Source of the DNA: an uncultured delta proteobacterium | Lineage (GTDB): Bacteria; Desulfobacterota; Binatia; UBA9968 | Assembly (NCBI GenBank): GCA_963760795.1 | Contig: CAVXEP010000022.1 | Span: forward strand, 192,001-256,000 | Direction: 5' to 3' | Length of the DNA: 64,000 nt | Position numbers and translations under genes: made by a program | Notes under the pieces: generated by a model | Databases searched by the model: none | Told to the model about the DNA's origin: nothing | What the model saw: the letters and a program-made list of their open reading frames with translations, nothing else | Shown here: positions 51,522 through 60,432 of the stretch, in pieces | Layout: the number at the start of each line of letters is the position of its first letter | How positions within the stretch are numbered: the first letter of the stretch is position 1

Positions 51522-52500
51522 ATGAAGCTGACAGCCGTCCTCGTCATCGCACTCGCGCTGGTATCTGTCGGCAATAGACTACAAGCCGCCGAAAAGCTCC
51601 GCGCCGCCTACCCAGCCATCGCGCCCGGCTCGACTCCCTCTTGGGTCACGGCGGAAAGAGGCATCTGGCGCAAGTACGGCTTCGACGTGGAGCCGATTCT
51701 CGTAAGCGGCGGCGCCCGCGCCGTGCCGGCCTTGATCGGCAACAGCGTGCAATTTCTCATCGGCTCGGATACCGGCGTGACCACGGCGCAGCTGCAAGGC
51801 ATCCCCATCGTCCGGCTCGGCGTGACCATGAACACTCTGGGCTCCTCGCTGTTGACGCAGCCAAGCGTTCAATCGGTTCAAGACTTGAAAGGAAAGATTC
51901 TCGGTATCTCGCGCGGACGCGACGCCAGTTATATTCGTTTGGCCAAGTTGCTGCGCGATCACGGCCTCGACCCCAACCAAGACGTGAAATTTCTCTCCAT
52001 CGGCGGCGGTGAAGGCGGCCGGCTCTCGGCGCTCAAAGCGGGGGTCATTCACGGCACCATGCTTTTCCCGCCGCTGGATTTGATCGCCAGAAATGACGGA
52101 CTGAAAGTCCTCAGCAAATTCGACGTGCCGACGCCGGGCGGCGGCATCAGCACCAGCGCGGCGCTGCTCAAGCAGAACCGCCCGTTGGTGCTGAACTTTC
52201 TCAAAGGCTACATCGAAGGCATCCACTACATGATCGGCCACAAGCCGGAGAGTCTGAAAATTCTCCAGCGCTATTTTCAAAATTCCGATCTCGCAGCGAT
52301 GGGCTATCTATACGACGAGACCACACGCCGGCTGGAAAAAGAACTGCGCGCCAGTCCTGACGTCCATCGCCTTCCATTACGACATGGCCGCCCAAGACGA
52401 CCCACGCGCCAAGCAGGCCACCGAGAAAACATTTTGGGATAGTAGTTTAGTCGAGGAGATTCGTCGCTCGGGATTTGTCGATCAGCTATATAAAAATTAA
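51522..52500 (+). CDS. NMT1/THI5-like substrate-binding protein (frameshift near 52365)
   Basis: Signal peptide, GIWRKYGFDVE, DLKGK; corrected tail FWDSSLVEEIRRSGFVDQLYKN*. Confidence 0.85.
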
Positions 52501-52818
52501 ATGTGATAAGGAGTTAGGCGTGAAGGGGTCCGCCTATACCCTTTCCCCCTTTGGCAAAGAACACTGGCACGATCACCTCGCATCCGTGCGCGCGCTCTTC
52601 CTAACGCACCGAGCTGCGGGATATTGATTTACCGAGATAGAAAACGAAAAATACCAATGTGCAGCGATTCTCGGAGTGCCATTTTCGTTGTTAAACGTCG
52701 ACCCAGTGTATAGGATTCGCAGCATCGTTAGAGCGTCCATCGGAATCGATTGACCGACTGGCTCAACAGTTAGTTCGCCTCGGATGGCGGGGTTAGCTTT
52801 AGCGAACGGAGAGGAAAC

Positions 52819-53655
52819 ATGCCGGTTTACATGGATCGTCATTACGTCGAAGGAGCAACTCGACATGCCCTCGCAGATGCGCACCAGCGGGATATGGCGC
52901 TGCAAGATAAGTATCACGTCAAATTTCTGACCTACTGGTTTGATGAGACGCGCTGTACCGCATTTTGTCTCATCGAAGCGCCGAATCGAGAAACTATTGA
53001 GCGAGCCCATAGCGAAGCTCACGGCTCAGTCCCCAATGAGGTCCTTGAGGTCGATCCCAACGTGGTGGACGCCTTCCTGGGCAGGATCAAAGATCCTCCG
53101 CCCGTGGCTGCGCCGGCAGCAGAGGCCGGTGAGATTCCCATTGACCCGGGTTTCCGCGCCATCATGTTCACGGATTTGAAAGATTCGACGCGGATGACCA
53201 CCCTGTATGGAGACACCAAAGCTCTGCATCTGCTGCATATCCACAATGCCCTGACACGCACTGCGCTTCAGAAGCATCGGGGACATGAGGTCAAGCACAC
53301 GGGTGACGGAATAATGGCCTCCTTTGCCGCCGTGCCGGATGCGGTCGAGTGTGCCATCGCCATCCAGAAGGCGTTCGCTGCGTATAACCAGGAAAATCCC
53401 GAAGCGCCGCTATATTTACGCATTGGTCTGAGCGCGGGCGAACCGATTGAGGAACATGGCGACCTGTTTGGCAAGGCGGTCCAACTGGCGGCGCGCCTTT
53501 GCGCGCAAGCTCAACCTGCTCGGATTCTAGTTGCTCAGTTGGTGTTGGACCAGTGCCAAGGCAAAGAATTGCCGTTCTCAGACCTAGGCCAAGTAACACC
53601 CAAAGGTTTCGATCACGCCATCCGCGTGCACGAACTCAGATGGGCAGAGGCGTAA
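52819..53655 (+). CDS. DUF4242 (SCO4226-like nickel-binding) domain + class III adenylate/guanylate cyclase
   Basis: YMDRH...AH..D...FCL.EAP....H..AHG; FTDL.DST, VKHTGDG, RIGL.AGE, DLFG.AV.LAAR. Confidence 0.88.
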   Translation: MPVYMDRHYVEGATRHALADAHQRDMALQDKYHVKFLTYWFDETRCTAFCLIEAPNRETIERAHSEAHGSVPNEVLEVDPNVVDAFLGRIKDPPPVAAPAAEAGEIPIDPGFRAIMFTDLKDSTRMTTLYGDTKALHLLHIHNALTRTALQKHRGHEVKHTGDGIMASFAAVPDAVECAIAIQKAFAAYNQENPEAPLYLRIGLSAGEPIEEHGDLFGKAVQLAARLCAQAQPARILVAQLVLDQCQGKELPFSDLGQVTPKGFDHAIRVHELRWAEA

Positions 53656-53758
53656 AGTCTGCGGCGGTCTGGCCCGTGCTTGCGGCGTCAGTAGCGCGAC
53701 CGGTTCGGCGGCTGCCGGCGCCATTGCGTTTAGTGCTTTGTCAGGAATGGAGGTAATT

Positions 53759-55186
53759 ATGTCAGACTTACAAGTTCGGACCCGGACCAATGGGGAAATC
53801 ACTCTGAACCAAGATACCCTTCGGAAATTCAAGGAGAGTCTTCACGGTGAGCTTATCCTATCCGACGATCCTGGTTACGACGATGCGCGCGCCATCTGGA
53901 ACGCCATGATTGACCGCCGGCCCGCGCTCATCGCGCGCTGCCTCGGCGTTGCCGATGTTGTCACATGCGTTAACTTCGCCCGCGAGCACGGCCTCATACA
54001 GTCCATTAAAGGCGGCGGTCACAATATCTCGGGACTTGCCGTATGCGAGGGAGGACTGATGCTCGACATGTCGCGCATGCGCGGCGTATGGGTGGACCCG
54101 ACCACGCGCACCGCCCGCGCCCAAGCCGGCTGCCTCTTGAGCGACGTAGACCGCGAGACTCAACTCCACGGCCTTGCTGCAGTCCTCGGCTTTATCTCGA
54201 ACACCGGCATAGCCGGCCTTACCCTCGGCGGTGGGTTTGGTTATCTTACGCGCCGGTTTGGCTGGACCAGCGATAATCTCATATCACTGGAGGTGGTCAC
54301 CGCTGACGGACGCATCGTGCGCGCGAGCGAAAAGGAAAACAGTGATTTGTTCTGGGGCCTGCGCGGCGGTGGCGGCAACTTCGGCGTCGTGACCAACTTC
54401 GAGTACAAGCTCCACCCCGTGGGTCCGGAGGTGACGGCCGGCGCGATTGCCTGGCGCGCTGAATCTGCCGGGAAGGTTCTCGAAATGTTCCGTGCCGTCA
54501 TGGAGAAAGCCCCGCCAGAGTTCGTTTGCGTCGCCGGGCTCCGCATCGCGCCACCCGCGCCCTGGTTGGCTAAAGACGTCCACGGCAAACCTATTGTCGC
54601 GCTCTTTGTTTGCCACACAGGGCAGTTAACCGAAGGTGAAAAACTCGTCGCCCCGATCAAAGCCTTTGACTCTCCGGTGGGCGACATAATTCAGCGGCGC
54701 CCGTATGTCACCCAGCAAAACCTGCTCGACGGGACACAGCCGAAAGGCCGGCGCTATTACTGGAAGTCCGAATACTTGCCTGATCTTAAACCGGATCTAC
54801 TCGCTAAGGCGATCAGTCATGCCAAGGCTATTTCATCGCCCCACTCGGCGATCCTCCTCTTTCCGCTCGATGGAACGCTCAACCGACTCCCCGAGAATCA
54901 TTCCGCCGTGGGCAACCGGGACGCGGCTTGGGTTCTGAACATCACGGCTTCCTGGGAAAAGGCGGAGAACGACACGGCGAACATCGAGTGGGCGCGCGCC
55001 GCCTGGCGGGACCTGCGGCGTTTTTCCACGGGCGGTACTTATGTCAACTTCTTGACGGAAGAGGAGGGCGACGACCGCGTCCACGCCGCCTACGGCAACA
55101 ACTACGAGCGACTCGTCGAGGTCAAGTCGAAATGGGATCCGGCGAATCTGTTTACGATGAACAAGAACATCGCGCCGCGGGTGTAA
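53759..55186 (+). CDS. FAD-binding oxidoreductase (berberine bridge / 6-hydroxy-D-nicotine oxidase-like)
   Basis: WNAMIDRRP, KGGGH covalent-FAD His, GLTLGGG, DLFWGLRGGGGNFG, YVNF, KWDP.NLF. Confidence 0.92.
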   Translation: MSDLQVRTRTNGEITLNQDTLRKFKESLHGELILSDDPGYDDARAIWNAMIDRRPALIARCLGVADVVTCVNFAREHGLIQSIKGGGHNISGLAVCEGGLMLDMSRMRGVWVDPTTRTARAQAGCLLSDVDRETQLHGLAAVLGFISNTGIAGLTLGGGFGYLTRRFGWTSDNLISLEVVTADGRIVRASEKENSDLFWGLRGGGGNFGVVTNFEYKLHPVGPEVTAGAIAWRAESAGKVLEMFRAVMEKAPPEFVCVAGLRIAPPAPWLAKDVHGKPIVALFVCHTGQLTEGEKLVAPIKAFDSPVGDIIQRRPYVTQQNLLDGTQPKGRRYYWKSEYLPDLKPDLLAKAISHAKAISSPHSAILLFPLDGTLNRLPENHSAVGNRDAAWVLNITASWEKAENDTANIEWARAAWRDLRRFSTGGTYVNFLTEEEGDDRVHAAYGNNYERLVEVKSKWDPANLFTMNKNIAPRV

Positions 55187-55319
55187 CGGAATCCGGTGAC
55201 TTTCCGAGCGTGAGTCTTTGCCGGCTTACGTTTGGGACCCGCTATGTCCTTGCCTGTTAGCGACCCGCCGGAGCTGAAACACTGATCAGCGAACTTTCAT
55301 TCGCACCAACAAAGCCACG

Positions 55320-55598
55320 ATGGCGATAAATCCCAAACAGCCGGCTGATTATATTCTGGCTTATAAACACTCGTCCGGGCAACGAGCAGAAGTCGCGGCC
55401 AGTGAAAAGTGTCGGTGCTTTTACTGTCTGGATATGTTTTCGCCCGCTGACATTATCGACGGGCTCAAAGAAGGAAACGGCACAGCTCATTGTCCGCGCT
55501 GCGGAATCGACTGAGTGATTGGCTCGCAGTCCGGTTCTTCGCTCACAACTTCGTGTCTTCGCGAGATGCATCGATACTGGTTCAGCACCAAACCGTAA
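55320..55598 (+). pseudogene. Small Cys-rich zinc-ribbon-like gene interrupted by in-frame TGA (55512-55514)
   Basis: CRCFYC...TAHCPRCGID*VIGSQSG...LREMHRYWF; the frame continues 27 codons past the TGA. Confidence 0.6.
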
Positions 55599-55657
55599 AA
55601 TCAGTCCTGGTCAACATTGGGGCGTGAAGCCTGAGTCGAACTGGATATTTCACAACT

Positions 55658-56641
55658 TTACTTCCTATAGAGTTGCTCCAAAAATCCCGAGCGTTGAATC
55701 TCATCGATCAAGCTGAGATCCCAATTATCTTTCTCGGTCAGCTTCTTCGCCTGCGGAAAATCGAGGGCGGCCAGCTCCAGCAACGCGCGCACCGCATCTG
55801 ATTGCGGACGCAAATCTTTTTCGGCGCGGCTGGAAATTTCTTCGTAGAGATAAGCCATGATTTCGAGATCCGGGTTGCGCACATACTTGGCAAAAATCTT
55901 TAAGCTCTCGTTCCTGTTCGCCTTCAAGTAGTGAATCCCTTCCATATAGCCGCGCATGAATCGCAACGCTTGCGGCCGGTTCTTTTGCACGAATGCAGGC
56001 GTCGTGTTGATACCGCCGCCGACATTGGCGACATCGAGGCGGGAGAGAATGCTCATGCCGGACTTCTCGGAGATCTTATCCGAGGGCGGCGTAAACATGG
56101 TCGCGTGGATCACGCCGGTGGACAGCGCCGCCACCCGCGCCGCCGGGCCGCCGTCGCCCACCGATAGAAACGTCACGTCTTTCGCCGCGTCCATGCCGTT
56201 GTCGCGCAGCAGCTTGACGACCCGCGCGTAGGCGGCGTCGCGCCCGGGTGTGACGCCGATGATCTTGCCCTTGAGATCGCGCACGGTCTTGATGCTCGGC
56301 TGGACGACGATGGAATATCCCAGCGTGTTGGTGGTCACGCCGACCCGCGTGAGGCTGGCGCCCTGGATGATTCCCGTCGTCACCCCAAGGTCCGAGCCAA
56401 GAATGACATCGACACTGCCACCGATCAACGCGGCGACCGTTCTCCCGCCGCCGCGCAGAAAGATCAGCTCGACGTCAAGACCGTGCTTTTTCCAAAAGCC
56501 CTTGTCGGCGGTGACCCACGACGCGGCAAACCCGGTTGCAAGCGACGGGTAACCCACGCGCACGATATCCGCGCTCCAAAGCCTCGATGTCGGCAATAGG
56601 AACCACGCGAGCAGAGCAAATCCGATCGACAGTGATTTCAT
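55658..56641 (-). CDS. NMT1/THI5-like substrate-binding protein
   Basis: Signal peptide from ATG 56641, GFWKKHGLDVEL, DLKGK, tail QRSGFLEQLY. Confidence 0.88.
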   Translation of the reverse strand: MKSLSIGFALLAWFLLPTSRLWSADIVRVGYPSLATGFAASWVTADKGFWKKHGLDVELIFLRGGGRTVAALIGGSVDVILGSDLGVTTGIIQGASLTRVGVTTNTLGYSIVVQPSIKTVRDLKGKIIGVTPGRDAAYARVVKLLRDNGMDAAKDVTFLSVGDGGPAARVAALSTGVIHATMFTPPSDKISEKSGMSILSRLDVANVGGGINTTPAFVQKNRPQALRFMRGYMEGIHYLKANRNESLKIFAKYVRNPDLEIMAYLYEEISSRAEKDLRPQSDAVRALLELAALDFPQAKKLTEKDNWDLSLIDEIQRSGFLEQLYRK

Positions 56642-56806
56642 TGAAACTCCATTCGCTGAAACATATTCTCGCCCAACGATCGGCCGAGCCTCAGAAGTCC
56701 GAACGACTTGATTATTTTGAACGGCTTGAACGATTTGAACGCCGCGGCTGCCGCGGTCAGCCCTAGCTAACACCCGCGCCGGAACCTGTCAAATAAACAA
56801 GGCATT

Positions 56807-56901
56807 TCGCGTACGGGGTCTTAACCCCGCACGCGACCAAAGGGGATGCTCGCCCCCTTTGGATTCCCCATTTGATGGCGCCCGCAGCAAGCTGCGGGGA
56901 A
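56807..56901. repeat. Three consecutive hairpins (possible MITE/REP-like element or structured RNA)
   Basis: tcgcgtacgggg/ccccgcacgcga; ccaaagggg/cccctttgg; cccgcagc-aa-gctgcggg. Confidence 0.55.
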
Positions 56902-56995
56902 TGTATAGATTTGAAAAGCCAGCGCGCAATTTGACATCAGCAAGGCACAACGCGTAATTTCGACGAACCAAACGATTGCCCGACGGAGGTATGAT

Positions 56996-57991
56996 TTGAC
57001 AGTCGTTGCAAGTATTGCACTTATTCTTGCGATCAATTTTCCGCGGATCCTATGGTCAGCAGATGCGCCGAAACTGGAAAAGCTCGTGATCGGCTACCCC
57101 GCGCCGGTGGCGTCCTTGGGCATCATCGATGTCATGCGCAAAGCCGGACTGTTTAGAAAAAACGGCCTCGATGTAGATTTGGTTTTCATCCAGGGCAGCC
57201 CGATCTTAACCACGGCGATGGTCTCAGGCCAGGTGCCGCTGAGTTTCATTGGCGGCGCGGCCATTGTCGCCTCCGCCATCGGCGGCGCCGATACGGTCTA
57301 TCTCGCCTGCGGCATCAACACGCTCTACTGGCGGATTTTCTCGACCCCGGAGGTTAAAACCATCGCCGACCTGAAAGGCAAGAAGTTCGGCGTCACCACC
57401 ATCGGCTCGCAGGAAGACAGCGTCATCCGTTTCATCCTCAAAGAACGCGGACTCACTCCCGACCGGGACTTTGCCATGGTCGCCGTCGGTGGCGCGCCGA
57501 CACGCTTGGCGGCGTTGAGCAAAGGCGTAATCCACGCGTCGACCTTCATTCCGCCTCAGGACATCGCGGCTGAGAAACTCGGACTCCATGAGTTGCTCGA
57601 TCTGAGCACGCTTGGCCTGTACAACCCCGGCAGTTGCTTCGCCAGCACCAAAAGCTATATCAAGACCCACCGCGACACGGTCATGCGAGTGATGAAAGCC
57701 TTCGTCGAGGGACTGCGCTACTACAAAGACAATCGCGAGTTCGTTTTGAAAGTCACCGCCGACTTCGCCCAGAACCGCGACCCCGAAGTCTTGCGGCCAA
57801 CCTACGAAGTCGTCACCCGATTCCAGGACCGCGTTCCCTACGTCAATATGAAAGGCATCGAGTTCATGCTCAAGACTCTGGAGCTGCGCGACCCGCGCGC
57901 CAGGACTTTCGATCCCAATAACGTTGTCGACTCCAGCTTCATCCAAGAGCTGGACAAGAGCGGCTTCATCGACGCGGTGTGGAAGAAATAG
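56996..57991 (+). CDS. NMT1/THI5-like substrate-binding protein
   Basis: TTG start after GGAGG, GLFRKNGLDV, DLKGKKFGV, tail DKSGFIDAVW. Confidence 0.88.
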   Translation: MTVVASIALILAINFPRILWSADAPKLEKLVIGYPAPVASLGIIDVMRKAGLFRKNGLDVDLVFIQGSPILTTAMVSGQVPLSFIGGAAIVASAIGGADTVYLACGINTLYWRIFSTPEVKTIADLKGKKFGVTTIGSQEDSVIRFILKERGLTPDRDFAMVAVGGAPTRLAALSKGVIHASTFIPPQDIAAEKLGLHELLDLSTLGLYNPGSCFASTKSYIKTHRDTVMRVMKAFVEGLRYYKDNREFVLKVTADFAQNRDPEVLRPTYEVVTRFQDRVPYVNMKGIEFMLKTLELRDPRARTFDPNNVVDSSFIQELDKSGFIDAVWKK

Positions 57992-57999
57992 AAAAATAT

Positions 58000-58065
58000 C
58001 GTAAGGCGTAAAGGGTGAGGCGTAAGGCGTTCCCACCCCTAACCCCTTACCCTTCACCCCTTACG
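58000..58065. repeat. Inverted 7-mer tandem arrays (CGTAAGG-like / CCTTAC-like)
   Basis: cgtaaggcgtaaagggtgaggcgtaagg ... cccctaaccccttacccttcaccccttacg. Confidence 0.7.
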
Positions 58066-58073
58066 TTTAAATC

Positions 58074-59601
58074 ATGAACATCGGCGAATCCTTAACCCGC
58101 AACGCCCAACACTTTCCCGACAAGCGCGCCATCGTCGACGCGCATAGGTCGGTAACCTATGGCGAATTGCACCAGCGCACCGATCGCTTGGCTAACTATC
58201 TGCTCGATCTAGGTGTCGGCAAAGGCGACCTGGTCGGTCTTTCGGTGGGCAGCCGAGCCGAGCACTTCGAAGCGCTCTTCGCCATTGCCAAGATCGGTGC
58301 CTTGGCGATTCCGTTCGATTTCAATTGGAGCGCGCAAGAGTGTGACGCCATGGTGCGCTTCTTTGCACCCAAGGCGTTCTTCTTCGAAAAACGACCAGAG
58401 ACCGAGGCCCTGCTGGGGCTGGCACGCGGTGCCATCCCTGCCGAAAAGCTCATCCTGATTGCCGCTGACGAACTGCCAGGACGGTGCCGGCATGGAAAGC
58501 GCTATCGAGCTCGGCAATCCCAAGGAGCCACAAGCCATTGTCGACGGCAAGGATCCGTTTCTCCTGATGATCACCTCCGGCACCACCGGATTCCCCAAGG
58601 CGTGCAGCATCGACCACGAGACCTATGCGCTGCGCTGCCTCAACTACAGCGTCAGCAAAGGCATGAACCACAACGAGCGCGCCCTGATGGCGCTGCCGGT
58701 CCACTTCAACGCCGGCCGCGGCTCGGTGATGGCGATCCTGTATCTCGGCGGGACGATCATCATTCAAGAAAAATTCGACGCCGAGAGATTCTTGCAAGCC
58801 ATAGAGCGGGAGCAAATCACCTACACCATGCTGGTGCCGGTATTATGCGAACGCTTGCTGCGCTCCGAGCACTTGAACAAATATCGCACAACGTCACTCC
58901 GCTTCCTCGGCATCACCGGCGGCCATCTTTCCCAAGAACTCGCGCGTGAAGCACGCCAGCGCCTGAGCCCGGGTATCTTTGAAGCTTACGCCTCCACCGA
59001 CTGCGGTCAGATCACCACCGTCGACGCCGAGGACTGGGAAACCCACGGTGACACCGTGGGCAAACCGATCTGGTGTGTGCTGGTACGCTTCGCCGACGAC
59101 GACGGCAACGAAACGGCGCGCGGCGAGCCTGGAGAGATTTGCCTGCGCACGCCGCTTGCCATCCAAGGTTACTACCGAAACCCGACAGCGACAGACGAAT
59201 TCTTGACCGGCGGCTGGTGCCACACCGGCGATATCGGATTTTTGGACCAAGAAGGCTACCTGCACATCTCCGGCCGTAAGAAGAACATGGTAAAGAGCGG
59301 CGGCATCAGCGTCTTTCCCGAAGAAATTGAAGACGCGCTGCGCCGGCATCCCGCGGTTGCGGAGGCGGCGGTGGTTGGGTTCGATAGTCAGCAGTGGGGC
59401 GAAGCGGTGAAAGCGTTCGTAGTTTTGAACCCCGGCGCCGATTGCAACGCAGACAAATTGATTCAATTCTGCAAAGAGTCGCTGGCGCCGTATAAAGCGC
59501 CCAAAGCCGTGAAGTTTCTCGCCGCGCTGCCGCGCACCGGGCTCGGCAAGATCGATCGAGGCAAACTAGCGGCGCTGACAAACCAACTGGACGAGAATTG
59601 A
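58074..59601 (+). CDS. AMP-binding acyl-CoA synthetase (frameshift near 58480)
   Basis: TSGTTGFPK, YASTD, GWCHTGD, GRKKNM..GG..V.P.EIE, LPRT..GK. Confidence 0.88.
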
Positions 59602-59792
59602 AAGGGCGGGGTTTCGATGTCGCGCCGGTGAGCGGCGATACCTGGCGGCACTCGGTTTCGAGATCGAATTGAAGCGTCATTTCGCGTCGGCTTTCGCATC
59701 GCCGATGCGGCGTTATCGCCATCTTACAGCTGCGGGAACGTCACAGCACTGCGCGTAGCGAAACCTCTCACGTTGTCAGCCTTGCCATGCCG

Positions 59793-60107
59793 TCAGGCAA
59801 ACAGCACGAGCATTTTCATGATCAGCAGCACTGCCAGGATTGAATAGACACACGCAATAATCGTCAACCCATGAACGACCACCGCCTCCACCCGTTTGCG
59901 CAGCATGAAGATTAGGATCACCAAGATGCAGCCGATCGCTTTGCTATAGAGCAATCCACCGAAGACACCCCAATGGGCGATGTAGGTGGCCACCACCGGA
60001 TTTTCTTCCGGCACACCGGCGGAGAGAATCTGATAGGAAGCGAGTCCATCGACGACCTGGAGCAGTATGTTGGCGATGGCCAGCGTGACAATCGTACCCT
60101 GCCTCAT
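59793..60107 (-). CDS. Small membrane protein (DUF5658-like)
   Basis: LQVVDGLASY, EENP, K, three hydrophobic helices. Confidence 0.75.
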   Translation of the reverse strand: MRQGTIVTLAIANILLQVVDGLASYQILSAGVPEENPVVATYIAHWGVFGGLLYSKAIGCILVILIFMLRKRVEAVVVHGLTIIACVYSILAVLLIMKMLVLFA

Positions 60108-60159
60108 TTCAGAGTCCCCTTTCACTGAACCAACGCTAGGATTCACGCAAGCTGTTCAT

Positions 60160-60175
60160 TGCTAGAGCGGTGCCG
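60160..60175 (-). promoter_or_regulatory. Possible sigma54 promoter
   Basis: Minus strand CGGCACCGCTCTAGCA (GG-N10-GC; TAGC instead of TTGC), 53 nt upstream of ATG 60107. Confidence 0.4.
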
Positions 60176-60432
60176 GAACCCTTTTGGCGCGAGATGAGGA
60201 TTCACATTCTTAGAAGCTCCCAGAGGGACCAAGCGGATTTGCCTGCAAGCGGAAAGACACCTTGGCACCGGGCACGGCCGACCTGCGCGGCGTCATGCTC
60301 GCTGCGTCACTGGTTAATGGGATTTTGTCGACGAAATGAGAGTTTTTGGTGGGTTCGATCAAATTTTGTTTGACCGCTTCAGGCTTGGATTGGTAGAAGG
60401 GCTCAATCACTCTCGTTAGTAAGGAGACTCCC

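Noticed and set aside
6291-58065. Periodic repeats as CRISPR arrays
   Set aside because: Units are 7-9 nt with no unique 30-40 nt spacers, and there are no cas genes
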